Shown: piece by piece, positions 9,541 to 20,310 of the stretch
Position numbering within the stretch: the first letter of the stretch is position 1
Layout: each line of letters starts with the position of its first letter
DNA from: Candidatus Heimdallarchaeota archaeon
GTDB taxonomy: Archaea > Asgardarchaeota > Heimdallarchaeia > Heimdallarchaeales > Heimdallarchaeaceae
Direction of reading: 5' to 3'
DNA: 64,000 bases
NCBI GenBank assembly: GCA_018238545.1
Contig: JABCTC010000019.1
Location: 1 to 64,000, forward strand
Position numbers and translations under genes: made by a program
Notes under the pieces: generated by a model
Seen by the model: the letters and a program-made list of their open reading frames with translations, nothing else
Told to the model about the DNA's origin: nothing
The model's database searches: none

Positions 9541-10824
9541 TTGAAACAAGCAAACGAAGAACCTGAAAGCTCAAAACCAGCAACATTGAAGCAAAAAATA
9601 ATTGTAAGAGCTTTAGCTGTTGCAAATACTGGAGGAGTGACCTTCTACTTTAACTATGCTACTGTTCTGGCTGTTGGAATTGGAGCAACAGCAATAATGA
9701 TGGCTTTCATTACAGCCATACAAAATCTAGGGTCAGCATTGTTACAAACATTTTTCGGAAAGTTGTCAGATAAGATTGGAAGAAAAATCATCCTGATTAT
9801 TGGGTTCATAATTGCATCCATAACAACAGCGGTGATATCGCAACTGACATCGCCAATTGTTTTCATGATAGTCATAGCAATATACTCACTAGGCGCAAGT
9901 ATGGTTATTCCCACATGGAATGCTCTTTTGGGCGATATCTCAACAGAAAAAACGAGAACAAAGATAATCAGCCAAATTAGTATGATTGGATCATTTGTCT
10001 CATCAATGATTTTACTATTGTTAGGGTTCTTAACAGATCTCTTGCCTTTTGATATCTTGAAAAAATATCGTGCTATGGTTCTCATTGGTGCATTATTCTT
10101 TGCTGTGGCTGCAATTCTATCGATATTATTATCTGAAACTAATTCTAACAGAGGAAAGGTGAACAAATCTTCATTTTGGGAACCCATGAGAGATAAGAAA
10201 TTCATGATATTCTCAGGTACAACCTTGGTTTGGTGGTTCGCAATGAGTTTTCTTTGGCCATTAGCACCGATTATCACTGCAAGTGTAAATCCAACTAATT
10301 CACAATTAGCAATTATGTCTGTAGTATTTGCAATATGCATTGCTCTAGGACAGTGGCTAAGTGGATTTATCGCGGATAAAATTGGAAGAAGGTTTACACT
10401 AGCTCTTAGTTTTATCTCGTTTTGTCTTGTTCCAATAATTTTTGCATATACTCATACTTGGACCATAATTTTGATAGCAAATTTATTTGGAGGTTTTGGT
10501 AACGGATTATTAACAGTTGCCCTAAGCTCAGAAGTTCTTCATATGTCTAAGGAGGAAACTAAAGGAGCTTATTCTGGTGCATATAATTTGATGACAGGTA
10601 TTATTTCCTTCTTTGGTGCATTTGTAGGAGGATTCTTGTATGATGGTTTTCTAAGAAGTTTTGATTCTGCATCTGCTCTAAAGATATCTTTTCTAATTAT
10701 AGCTACAATCAGACTTCTAGCAGTTATACCCACATTATTATTGTCAGTTAATGAGAAGAAGAAACTCAAAGAAGAAAGTGATGTCGAAAAGGTTAAATTG
10801 CTAGATACTGAACAGTCTCTATGA
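9541..10824 (+). CDS. MFS transporter
   Basis: About 12 TM; motif A GKLSDKIGRK and GFIADKIGRR. Confidence 0.93.
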   Translation: MKQANEEPESSKPATLKQKIIVRALAVANTGGVTFYFNYATVLAVGIGATAIMMAFITAIQNLGSALLQTFFGKLSDKIGRKIILIIGFIIASITTAVISQLTSPIVFMIVIAIYSLGASMVIPTWNALLGDISTEKTRTKIISQISMIGSFVSSMILLLLGFLTDLLPFDILKKYRAMVLIGALFFAVAAILSILLSETNSNRGKVNKSSFWEPMRDKKFMIFSGTTLVWWFAMSFLWPLAPIITASVNPTNSQLAIMSVVFAICIALGQWLSGFIADKIGRRFTLALSFISFCLVPIIFAYTHTWTIILIANLFGGFGNGLLTVALSSEVLHMSKEETKGAYSGAYNLMTGIISFFGAFVGGFLYDGFLRSFDSASALKISFLIIATIRLLAVIPTLLLSVNEKKKLKEESDVEKVKLLDTEQSL

Positions 10825-11285
10825 AGTTTTTACAAAGAAGACAGTATTGTACAACATGTAAAAAACAGGTCTCTTTTCTACAACTTACAACTAAGAAATC
10901 TGTTCAAAAACAACTACAATGCCCTCTTTGCAAGAATGATGTTGTTTCGTATTGGGAAGAACAAAATAAAATGCATGTGTTTCCTTTAACAATAGGTTTC
11001 TCTTTATTTATTTCTGCTTTAATTTTTAATGTATGGAGATTCTTTGCAAGAGAAATAGAAACAAGAGATTATATCTTAACAGCTGTTTATATTGTTATAA
11101 CAGTCATCTTAGCAGTATACGCAACCCGATATAGAAAGAAACCAGAACCTCAGGAAACTTCAGATTTAACAATTAATGAACTGTCAACCTACAGAAAACA
11201 ATATCTCTATGTAGTCGGTTTAGTACTTCTAGTACAGCTTTTAACCTCAGTAATTGATTATTTTCTGATTTATCATTTCCTCTAG
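10821..11285 (+). CDS. Small membrane protein with N-terminal zinc ribbon
   Basis: CTTC...CPLC then 3 TM; ATGA overlap with the MFS gene. Confidence 0.65.
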   Translation: MKFLQRRQYCTTCKKQVSFLQLTTKKSVQKQLQCPLCKNDVVSYWEEQNKMHVFPLTIGFSLFISALIFNVWRFFAREIETRDYILTAVYIVITVILAVYATRYRKKPEPQETSDLTINELSTYRKQYLYVVGLVLLVQLLTSVIDYFLIYHFL

Positions 11286-11360
11286 TTTTCTTTTACTATA
11301 CTTTTTTAGCTACCCACTAAACTGTAACTTTTATAAATAAAGTAAGCCTAACAAGATATA

Positions 11361-12257
11361 ATGTTTGAAGAAAGAATAGATAGTTTACAGCTTACCAATA
11401 TTAACGAGATAGATTACTCTATTTTCCCATGGCTTGAAATTGATTGTGTTGAAGTAGAAGAAGGGATCATACTAAGAATTTACAGAATCCTTAGTGAACA
11501 CAAAAGCAGCAAAATTAATGTAATTGTTGTTCCAGGTTTGTGCTCCCATTTCATAGGATGGTTAAGTTCTGATCATGAGCTATCTAAAATTGCTAATATT
11601 TATCACATTGAAACTAGAGAAAAAAAAACTGCAAAGCATTCTAAAAAGATAGTTGATTACAGTTTTGACGTTTTTGTTAAGGATTTGAATGTAATAATTG
11701 AACATTATAATTTGAACAAGGATGGCTTCTATATTCTCGGAGATTCATTTGGTGCAGAAATCGGAGCATTGTATTTAAAGACAGGTTATGAAGCGCCGAA
11801 GGGGATGATCTTAATTAGCCCAGCAGAAACGTTTAGTTTTTCAGGATGGATGAAAATTTTGTTTAGGTTTGCTCCTGCCTTTTTGTACTATCCTATTTTG
11901 CCTTTTCTGAAATGTATGTTGAAGCATTTTAGAACAGATATGAAAAATGACCCAGGAACGTACTATCTAAACAAACGAAATTTAGAGACGGGAATTCCTA
12001 AAAGAATGAAAGCTTGTGCCTTGGAATTATTTGATTACAAATCTGATGTTAACTATTCAGATTTCAAATTCCCAGTATATATTTTCGCAGCTTCTAATGA
12101 TAAAATGCATTCATATGAACAAAGCGTCAAAATCTCAAAAAAAATCCCTAACGCTATTTTTGAGAACTTGATTAATTTTCAGGAAACTCACAGTCGAGGA
12201 ACAGCTAAGAAAATGAAAAAATTTATTCTTGATGTAGAAAAAAGCAGAAAAAAGTAG
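11361..12257 (+). CDS. Alpha/beta hydrolase
   Basis: VVPG oxyanion region, GDSFG nucleophile elbow, D and H positions. Confidence 0.85.
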   Translation: MFEERIDSLQLTNINEIDYSIFPWLEIDCVEVEEGIILRIYRILSEHKSSKINVIVVPGLCSHFIGWLSSDHELSKIANIYHIETREKKTAKHSKKIVDYSFDVFVKDLNVIIEHYNLNKDGFYILGDSFGAEIGALYLKTGYEAPKGMILISPAETFSFSGWMKILFRFAPAFLYYPILPFLKCMLKHFRTDMKNDPGTYYLNKRNLETGIPKRMKACALELFDYKSDVNYSDFKFPVYIFAASNDKMHSYEQSVKISKKIPNAIFENLINFQETHSRGTAKKMKKFILDVEKSRKK

Positions 12258-12272
12258 ATAGAAATGAAATTA

Positions 12273-13475
12273 TTACTCTAGATATAAACTCTTTTCCTTT
12301 TGAATGCCTCTAGTAGCGAGGAAAATCAAGATTGTAATTAACCCTATTATCAGAGCAGAATAAAGAAATAGCTCCATGCTGAACACCCCTGCAATCAGAA
12401 GAAGACCCAATCTATAACACCAATAAAATGGATTAATTAATAGTGCTGAAGAAGTAGTAAAAGGGTTCATCATAACTACAAAATAGAAGAACATCGCTAA
12501 TCCTATTGATATTAAGGGACTGATCCTTTCGGATGCTTCTCGAGTCAAATTGCAATCGACGACCATCGTTAAGAGTGTAGAAATAAGAAGTGCAATCACT
12601 ACAAAGATTAGGCTGACTATTATATCTCCAGCACCTAATTTATCTAGATTCAACCCAAAAACCACTAACAAACCACTTGTGTTGCTTCCAGATAACTGGG
12701 TTCCTACTATAATACCTATAACATAGGACAAAGTTGACCCTAGAGATGCTACCAACCCAGTTATTATTTTGGAGATAACAAGATAACTGTGATTGTGTGT
12801 ATAGGACAACAAGATTTCCATTGTTCTCATACGTTTTTCTCTTGCAAAACCTATAAGCGAGTATGATCCAGAATTCATAGCAATTAGCAGAAATATCATG
12901 TAGCTTAATGGCATTGCAATTGCAGCAGCTTTTGGTCCAAGAATCTGTTCCTCTGGCAAAGACTCTGGGGGAAGTTCGAAATTTTGAAGTGGGGGTATTG
13001 TTCTATTAGCAAGATATGTAACCATCACATTATTAGCTATCGCTTGTACAACACCAAATATTGATGAAGTATAAGGTGATAATGTTGCATCAATAGTAAA
13101 TGTTACAGGTATCCCCGTAAAAGCTAGTTCTGAAAAGTTAGCCGGAATATAATAACCTAGTTCTGGTGTATACAAAACCTCAGTGAGGTTATCAGATACT
13201 TGTACTTCTATAGTTTCATCTGAATCAAAATATAAAGAGATATTTCCTACGATTGATTCGCCTATATTTGTTTCTAAATACCCAATGTCTTCACTATGAA
13301 CTAGAAGAATAATTGCACTTTGAGAGCTAAATAATGCGGGCAAACCAATGAGAATAAACATTAGGATGAAAGGTCCACCAAAGATGAATATTGCTACTTT
13401 CTTTCGAAACAGCAACGAGATATCCTTTTTGAGAAGAGCTTTCAGCTGATTAAGATGAAATTTATCTTCCTTCAT
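12273..13475 (-). CDS. ABC-2 type permease (NatB-like)
   Basis: REKRMRTMEILLS motif; 1+5 TM layout; overlaps the ATPase gene. Confidence 0.88.
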   Translation of the reverse strand: MKEDKFHLNQLKALLKKDISLLFRKKVAIFIFGGPFILMFILIGLPALFSSQSAIILLVHSEDIGYLETNIGESIVGNISLYFDSDETIEVQVSDNLTEVLYTPELGYYIPANFSELAFTGIPVTFTIDATLSPYTSSIFGVVQAIANNVMVTYLANRTIPPLQNFELPPESLPEEQILGPKAAAIAMPLSYMIFLLIAMNSGSYSLIGFAREKRMRTMEILLSYTHNHSYLVISKIITGLVASLGSTLSYVIGIIVGTQLSGSNTSGLLVVFGLNLDKLGAGDIIVSLIFVVIALLISTLLTMVVDCNLTREASERISPLISIGLAMFFYFVVMMNPFTTSSALLINPFYWCYRLGLLLIAGVFSMELFLYSALIIGLITILIFLATRGIQKEKSLYLE

Positions 13476-14251
13476 TTTAACACCTCTTGAGAGATTGGTC
13501 TACTACCTACAGGGGCTTGGAAAGCGTTAACAATCGCATCCTCAAAGTCCTTCGTTTCAGGTGAGTAAGTATTAATTATCGCTTCCTTGTCACCTTGGAA
13601 AACTAAACTACCTTCTTTTAAGATACCACAGTATTCTGCTAATTCTTCAAGATCAGAAACAATATGAGAAGATAGTAAAATTGTTTTTCCTTCTTTTTCA
13701 ACAAGATCTTTTATTATCGAACGAATATATTTTGCACGAGCAATATCGAGACCAGAGGTGGGTTCATCCATAATTAGAAATTCTTTGTCAGTTATTACTG
13801 CCATGACAAAAGAAATCGCTCTTTGTTCACCACCAGATAATTTCGTAAATGGTTTATGAAGTAAGCTTGGTTTGATATCCAACTTCTCAAAATAATCAGT
13901 TATTTTAACATCTACGTCTTCAAATGTTAAATTGTTTAATTCCAATATGAATTTGATATTTTGAAGAGGGGTTAAATCATAATATGCAGCTGAAAATTGT
14001 GGTAAGAGACCTATTTGACCTCTAATCGATTTTGGATTCTCAGAAACATTAATTCCGTTAACATAAACATTTCCTGCTGATGGTTTTAGCAAACCTAATA
14101 TCATTCGTATTGTTGTAGTTTTACCGGCCCCATTGGGTCCTAGAAGCGCATAGATTGATTTTTTTGGAATCTCAATATTTACTCTATCAACAGCTCTTGT
14201 CATTTTGAAATCTTTTGACAAGTTTACTGTTTTCACCATAAATTCAGACAT
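13472..14251 (-). CDS. ABC transporter ATP-binding protein
   Basis: GPNGAGKT, LSGGE, MDEPTSGLD, SSH. Confidence 0.96.
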   Translation of the reverse strand: MSEFMVKTVNLSKDFKMTRAVDRVNIEIPKKSIYALLGPNGAGKTTTIRMILGLLKPSAGNVYVNGINVSENPKSIRGQIGLLPQFSAAYYDLTPLQNIKFILELNNLTFEDVDVKITDYFEKLDIKPSLLHKPFTKLSGGEQRAISFVMAVITDKEFLIMDEPTSGLDIARAKYIRSIIKDLVEKEGKTILLSSHIVSDLEELAEYCGILKEGSLVFQGDKEAIINTYSPETKDFEDAIVNAFQAPVGSRPISQEVLK

Positions 14252-14284
14252 TCTATGTATGCTTTTTCAGTGGAGTTATTAAAA

Positions 14285-15286
14285 TTATGTTTTCGAATTT
14301 TTTTCTACAAACTCCTCTGCTTCATTTTCTGTTGATAATAACTCATCTTTTGTCTTCGATAAAATGGTAATAATAACTGCAACTAGTAGTGCAATTCCCC
14401 CCAATATATACCAAAGAGTAATTGGTTCACCTAGAAAAATATACCCTAAAATCATAGCTCCAATGGGTTCAGATAGAAGCAATATTGAAGCTCTAGATGC
14501 TTCCAAATATCTTGAAGATATCATGATGAAACCATAAGGGAATAATCCACTAATAACAGCTAACAAAATCCCCATCAGCAAGATTTGAGGAGTGAATATG
14601 TTTTCGAAGGAAAAGTTTACAATTTCTGGGGGTAAATTGAACAGTTTCATAATGAACAGAAATGGTAACCCCATCAAGAATGTCCATATTAAAATCCATG
14701 ATACTGATATCAGAAATGAGGTATTTTCTACGTTTTTATTGTTCCACCTATTAACCATAATATACCCAGCATAAAGAACGCCTAATAACAAAGCAAGAGT
14801 ATCACCAACAATTGAAGAAAGAAAGGATTCTACATCCCAAGGATGAACAAGTATTATCAAACCACCTAATGCAAAACATAGAGCAGCAATTTTTGATTTT
14901 GTAATTTTTTCTTTAAATAATATCCACGCTAGCAATACTGTAACAAATGGATGTACTTGAATTAACAGCGCTGCTTCACCGGCTGGAGTACCTAAAGCTA
15001 TTGAAGAGAGATATAAAATTATCATAATTGCTAGAATTAATCCTTGTAGCATATATCCTCTTTGTCCTGAAAATTTCATGCTTTGCCTAACCATCTTTGC
15101 ATTGATCAATAAGAAAAGCAAGATTATGACTAGTCCTGCTATGGATCCAAAAAACAATCTCAATATGGATTGTTCTAAACTAGAAGCTCCCAAATCTCTT
15201 AAATTTGCAGAAAAAATGGGTATAGTACCAAAAGATAATCCTCCAAGAATTGCCGAGATATACCCTAAGAGCTTGGTCTTTTCCAT
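14285..15286 (-). CDS. DMT/EamA family transporter
   Basis: About 10 TM in two EamA repeats; EASRASILLLSEP. Confidence 0.9.
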   Translation of the reverse strand: MEKTKLLGYISAILGGLSFGTIPIFSANLRDLGASSLEQSILRLFFGSIAGLVIILLFLLINAKMVRQSMKFSGQRGYMLQGLILAIMIILYLSSIALGTPAGEAALLIQVHPFVTVLLAWILFKEKITKSKIAALCFALGGLIILVHPWDVESFLSSIVGDTLALLLGVLYAGYIMVNRWNNKNVENTSFLISVSWILIWTFLMGLPFLFIMKLFNLPPEIVNFSFENIFTPQILLMGILLAVISGLFPYGFIMISSRYLEASRASILLLSEPIGAMILGYIFLGEPITLWYILGGIALLVAVIITILSKTKDELLSTENEAEEFVEKNSKT

Positions 15287-15384
15287 AGTATGCTTCCCAA
15301 ATTTCTATTCGAGATGACTATATAATTTTATCTCAGAATGTATAATGAGATATTTTTTTATGTAAGAAATCTTTTCTTCACACA

Positions 15385-16365
15385 ATGAAATTAGAGTATG
15401 CCATCTGTGGAACACGGAATAGTAATGTGGGTTTACCTACTGGGTTAAAGATATTATCTGAGGGTGGATCAGCTTTAGATGCTGTAGAAGAGAGTATCAA
15501 GTTAATAGAAAACAATCCCCATGACATTACTGTTGGCTTTAATGGTTTTCCAAATTTGATGGGGATTGTGGAACTAGATGCATCTATTATGGATGGTAAA
15601 ACAAGGAAAGCAGGGGCGGTAGCAGCAGTAAAGAATTACCGTCATCCTATCTCAATAGCTCGCAAGGTTATGGAGTTATCACCACATGCATTCTTAGTTG
15701 GAGAAGGTGCTGAACGTTTTGCAAAAGCTTTGGGGTTCATAGAAGAGGAAATTATCGATGAACTAGGGATAAAAAACTATCATAATATCATCGAAGGAAG
15801 AAGTCTAGAACTACCTGCAGAAGCTCAAAAACTTGTTCGTGAACTTTTTATGAACTTTGATGTTCACTTAAAAGAAGTTCTGGAAGACTATCCCGTCATG
15901 GAATGGTATGAAAAGTTAGGTTTTGAAAAACAGGGAACAACAAATGTAATTGCATTAGATTTAGAAGGAAACTTGGCAACTGGTGTTTCAACTTCTGGAT
16001 TAGCTATGAAGTTTCCTGGTCGCGTTGGAGATTCCCCTATTTTTGGAGCTGGTGTTTATTGTTCTGAAAAAGCAGGAGTAGCATGTACTGGAACAGGAGA
16101 GATAACTCTAAGATTATCAACTGCAAGAATGGTTGTTGATAGGGTCGAAAACAATATGACGCCTGAAAGAGCTTCTGAGCTTGGCATTCTTGATTTGAAA
16201 AAAATCAAAGAGAAAGGGGTCATTCATATTCTTACAATGGATAATAATGGAAATGCCGCAGGTGTCACAAATAAGAATGGATTATTCTATTATTATGCTA
16301 ACTCTGAAAACGGTGAATTAGAGAAAATACCAAGCAATTTCATAAATTTATATGAAAAAGAATAA
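15385..16365 (+). CDS. Asparaginase-2 family Ntn hydrolase (isoaspartyl peptidase/glycosylasparaginase)
   Basis: ALDAVE, ELDASIMDG, G/T autocleavage site (GTTNVIA), STSG, GRVGDSP, TGTGE. Confidence 0.93.
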   Translation: MKLEYAICGTRNSNVGLPTGLKILSEGGSALDAVEESIKLIENNPHDITVGFNGFPNLMGIVELDASIMDGKTRKAGAVAAVKNYRHPISIARKVMELSPHAFLVGEGAERFAKALGFIEEEIIDELGIKNYHNIIEGRSLELPAEAQKLVRELFMNFDVHLKEVLEDYPVMEWYEKLGFEKQGTTNVIALDLEGNLATGVSTSGLAMKFPGRVGDSPIFGAGVYCSEKAGVACTGTGEITLRLSTARMVVDRVENNMTPERASELGILDLKKIKEKGVIHILTMDNNGNAAGVTNKNGLFYYYANSENGELEKIPSNFINLYEKE

Positions 16366-16373
16366 AGAATGGA

Positions 16374-18068
16374 TTATAGGAAATATCCTATTATTATATT
16401 CACAAAAAATAGAGCCAAAATTGCTACATTGATAAGTGAGATTGTAATTATTGTAATAATCTTTGCTGTTTTGTATCCTTGATCTGATAACTTAGGAATC
16501 ACATATAAGAATATTAACGGTAAAACAATTAAAGCCGCAACAAAAACAAGCTGAAGCCCCATAGCAAGCCATTGAATGAAATCATAATTCACAAATAATG
16601 AAGCGAAGAAATGTCCTGCAATCGAGCATAGAATCATTACAATTTCGATAATTAAAACTTGGATAAGACCTCTTCGATACATTGAAACATTTTCTTCAGA
16701 ACGATCGATGTCTGTATTGTTCTTAATTTTGTAGAAAAGCTGGTAGGATATTGGTAGTACAATAAGAGCTGCTAGCCATGTGAACCCTATAACCACCATT
16801 TCTGTGCTCTCTGTTAGAGCTTCGCCAATTATTACTCCACTTATAAGATACTGGATAGTTATGAAAATAAGAGTTGGTAACAAAAACATAATTACTGCAT
16901 TATTAATCAGATTAGGCTGGCGCATTTCAGTTGGTTTGATCGATTCATCCTTTTTAGCTTCGGAAATTACATCGATTTCATATCTCTCATATTTTATCAT
17001 TGAATATTGGTATGAAATCATTAATGCTCCAATACATAACAAACCATCTTGGGGGAACAAACTCCAAGTAGCAATAAGAGCAAAGGGTATAACAGTAATA
17101 AACAAAGTAATCCAGATACTTTGGACAAGTGCTTTGCTTGGTTTCCTATCGAGGTTCCTTTTCTTAGGACTGCGAGGAATAAAGAGATTTGTAAATTTAT
17201 TCCACGATACTTTCATGCTGAAAAATGCTTGCTTGATTTTGTTTTTATCTTGAATGTGTGTTTCTCTTCTTTTGAATTCTGCAACTTTTGCTTCTTGCAA
17301 AGACATTTTTTCGTTTTGTGTTTTTTTAGTTGTGATAAGGATAGCTATTAAGAGGAATATGAATAGAAATGGATAAACAATACCCCAAGATAGTTGTAAA
17401 GCATTAAATCTAAAACGTGCTTCACTAAGTATCCCAAAGAAATCTATTACGATTTCAATTGCTAGAAAGAAGAAGATAGGCATGAGTATTTGTAGAAGCT
17501 TTCTTCCACCCATTCTCGGTGATTCATCAGAATTTCTCCCATACCAAAATTTGAATGTGAGCCCTAAGCAAACAATAATTATGATGTAAACTATTGATTG
17601 TCCTGTTATATATGTTGCAACAAAACGTGAACTAACCATGAAAATTCCGATAAATGAAGCTAAAATAACTAGAACACTTATGATTGTATAAGTTATTTTG
17701 TAGTTCATAAATTTCTTTTCTTCTAATGTGTTAGTACTTGAATCTTTGAAACCTATTTCCTGAATTTTTTTATCATAATCATTACCAGCAGTATAGATTT
17801 CTCGAGTTATCTTGGAAAGTAGGTGCAAAACCATGGCAATAATTAGAATTCTAAAAGCAAAAATGATAAGTTCATACATTGTAATGATAGAATCCTTTGC
17901 AGGGTCAGCCAAAAGTGCTATAGTAGGCAAACCAAAAATCAATGTAAAAGCCACTAATACTTTGAGCCAATTTGTTATTCCATCGGCTTTGTTAATGGCA
18001 TTTCCCAAAGCTTCAAATCTCTTTCTTTGTTTAATTATTGCTACAGAATCTGATTCAGAGGACGTCAT
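16374..18068 (-). CDS. Multi-pass membrane protein of unknown function
   Basis: 564 aa, more than 12 hydrophobic segments, no motif recognised. Confidence 0.7.
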   Translation of the reverse strand: MTSSESDSVAIIKQRKRFEALGNAINKADGITNWLKVLVAFTLIFGLPTIALLADPAKDSIITMYELIIFAFRILIIAMVLHLLSKITREIYTAGNDYDKKIQEIGFKDSSTNTLEEKKFMNYKITYTIISVLVILASFIGIFMVSSRFVATYITGQSIVYIIIIVCLGLTFKFWYGRNSDESPRMGGRKLLQILMPIFFFLAIEIVIDFFGILSEARFRFNALQLSWGIVYPFLFIFLLIAILITTKKTQNEKMSLQEAKVAEFKRRETHIQDKNKIKQAFFSMKVSWNKFTNLFIPRSPKKRNLDRKPSKALVQSIWITLFITVIPFALIATWSLFPQDGLLCIGALMISYQYSMIKYERYEIDVISEAKKDESIKPTEMRQPNLINNAVIMFLLPTLIFITIQYLISGVIIGEALTESTEMVVIGFTWLAALIVLPISYQLFYKIKNNTDIDRSEENVSMYRRGLIQVLIIEIVMILCSIAGHFFASLFVNYDFIQWLAMGLQLVFVAALIVLPLIFLYVIPKLSDQGYKTAKIITIITISLINVAILALFFVNIIIGYFL

Positions 18069-18253
18069 TTTAAACTAATAATTCGAATCTTTAAGTGTTT
18101 ATAAACTTTTACAAAAATAGTAGTAATTTTCCTTTTTATCATAAACATCATTTTTAAAATTTAACTAATTATGATAATCATTTAAGATTGCTATAAGCTT
18201 TATGTAAAAAATATTGGAAAAAAAAGTGAAAAAAGGAAGTTCAACAATTTCAA

Positions 18254-20053
18254 TCAAGTTCTTCGATGTCTCTTTACCATTAATACAATTGAAATTGAAA
18301 CCATTGTCAGAGCAAGTATTACGTAAGTTACATTACCAAATTCTGGCACAACAGGTTCTTCATCGATTATGAATGAGCTGTAGCCATAGAACTGACTAAT
18401 CGTATTGAAATCAATGTAATATGCAACCTGCCAGAAATACTCTTCGCCATAAACTAAGGAGTCTACAAGAGTATAATTTGATTCATGAAACATTAGTGAT
18501 TCATTAACTAATAGATTAGTAAATCCTGAAGAATCTGAAACTTGTAGTAGATAGCCGTATGTGCCAGGAATATCTTCCCAATCAAAATTCGGTGTTTGAT
18601 CTTGAATGTACGAACCAAATTCAGGATACCAAAGAACTAAATCAACATCAATTGTCGTATAAGAAATTGCAAGATTCCAAATTATGGGAGAGGTAGATTC
18701 ATCAATAGTTCTCAACTCAGCTTTCCATTTCAAGTATCTACCAGTATTTACAAATGTATGCTCAACGTCAATAGTTACTAATTCCCAATTTGTGCCTCCA
18801 TCTGCAGAGAGATAATAATCTATAGAACCTTCAGGTTCAGTGTAATCTAAAGTCGAAAAAGTAGCTTTAGTAATAATCTCACCAATATTTGTGGTTAACA
18901 TTGTTGTAGATTGGGCAATAGCATGAAGAGAATAGGATTCACTATAAGGATTACCTGTTTCAGCAATTTTCAAGGAATAGAGACCAGCTGATCCTGCTGC
19001 GACATATGCATAATCACCGGAAACAAAAACATCTTGTCCAGTATTACCAAGATTGTAAAAACCCACAGCTATTGGATTTTCTGGGTCGCTTATGTCGTAA
19101 ATTCTCATAATGTATTCATTCATACCAGATCTGCCTGTGACATATACATAAGATCCATCTAATGTAAGTCCATAGTAACGGGTGTTACCATCAAGCCAAA
19201 CTACTCGACTCATATTTGTTGGATCTGAAATATTTACAATTTGAAGACCTCCTAAATCACATGCTACGTATGCATAGTTTCCAGAAATTTCTACTTTCCT
19301 AGCGTATCCATCTAAATCTACGTTACTAACAAAAACAGGAGAAGAAGGAGTTGAAATATTATAAACATCTAATCCAGCATGATGAACAGCAACATAAAGC
19401 AAATTTCCTGAAATTGCTACACCATTTGCATCACTTGTAGTTGTAATAAAACCTGATACTTCAGAAGGAGCTGTTGGATTGGTAATATCAACTACTCTAA
19501 TTCCTCCAGTATATACAGGAAGGTATGCATATGTTCCTTGAATTTTTATATCTAAAGATGTCGAAGGTAAATCTACTTCCCCAAGTTTTACAGGGTTGGC
19601 TTTATTTGTAATATCAAGAATGAATAAACCATCAGCACCATTTGCTAGATATGCTTTATTATCTTGAACAACGCTTCCATAAACCCAGGCTATTTCAGCG
19701 GAATCATTATAGTATCCCACTAAACTCATACTAGTTGGTGTTGAAGTATCTATTATATAAAAACCATCATAAGCTCCGCCTACATAGGCGAAACTTCCAT
19801 CTGCATTTACGTTGCTTGCAGTTGTACTAGCTTTGATTGAATCTTGATATTCAGGATTTTTTCTAGGAAGCTCAATTTGTCCCGTTCCCCATCCAGTAAC
19901 ATTAGAATTGTATGAGTCATGATAGGTGGTTGTGTCGAATTGTTCATCCACTCCTCCAGATGTTGCAGATTAAATATTAACTGGAGAAAAGTTCGTTATA
20001 ACAAAAATCGAGATTAAAATTATAGCACTGTAATAAAGTGTTTTTCTTTTCAT
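18254..20053 (-). pseudogene. LVIVD-repeat surface protein with PEF-CTERM-like tail, interrupted by an in-frame TAA (or a sequencing error)
   Basis: ATG at 20053 reads MKRKTLYYSAIILISIFVITNFSPVNI*SATSGG, in frame with ORF 18254..19951; stop at 19970-19972; LVIVD repeats; VPEF-TM-KRHRR. Confidence 0.8.
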
Positions 20054-20158
20054 ATACTATTCCTCTTATTCTGTCAGCAATACATCAGTATATCTTAAAA
20101 GTATATCTAGCAATGCATAGAAAAGCTTAAAATCAGATTAAACAAAATAGATTATATT

Positions 20159-20310
20159 GACCGGGTAGTCTAGTTACTCACTAGGAGGCTTCCTAGTGAG
20201 CTAGAATGGTAGGATGCTTGCTTGGGGAATTTTTCTCTATGTCTAAGTGTTATAGATTGAAAAGTCCAAAGTGCAAGTGCTCGCGAGTTCGAATCTCGTC
20301 TCGGTCACCA
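20159..20310 (+). tRNA. tRNA-Pro(GGG) with two BHB introns (20176-20206 in the D-loop; 20228-20271 at 37/38) and encoded CCA
   Basis: Acceptor GACCGGG/CTCGGTC+ACCA; D-stem GTCT/GGAT; anticodon arm CTTGC-TTGGGGT-GCAAG after splicing; T arm GCGAG-TTCGAAT-CTCGT; both introns fold into bulge-helix-bulge motifs. Confidence 0.92.

Noticed and set aside
9654-10340. 228-aa minus-strand ORF and similar short antisense or nested ORFs (e.g. 16780, 29726, 57476, 22788..22979)
   Set aside because: They lie opposite or inside well-supported genes or promoters and have no motifs.
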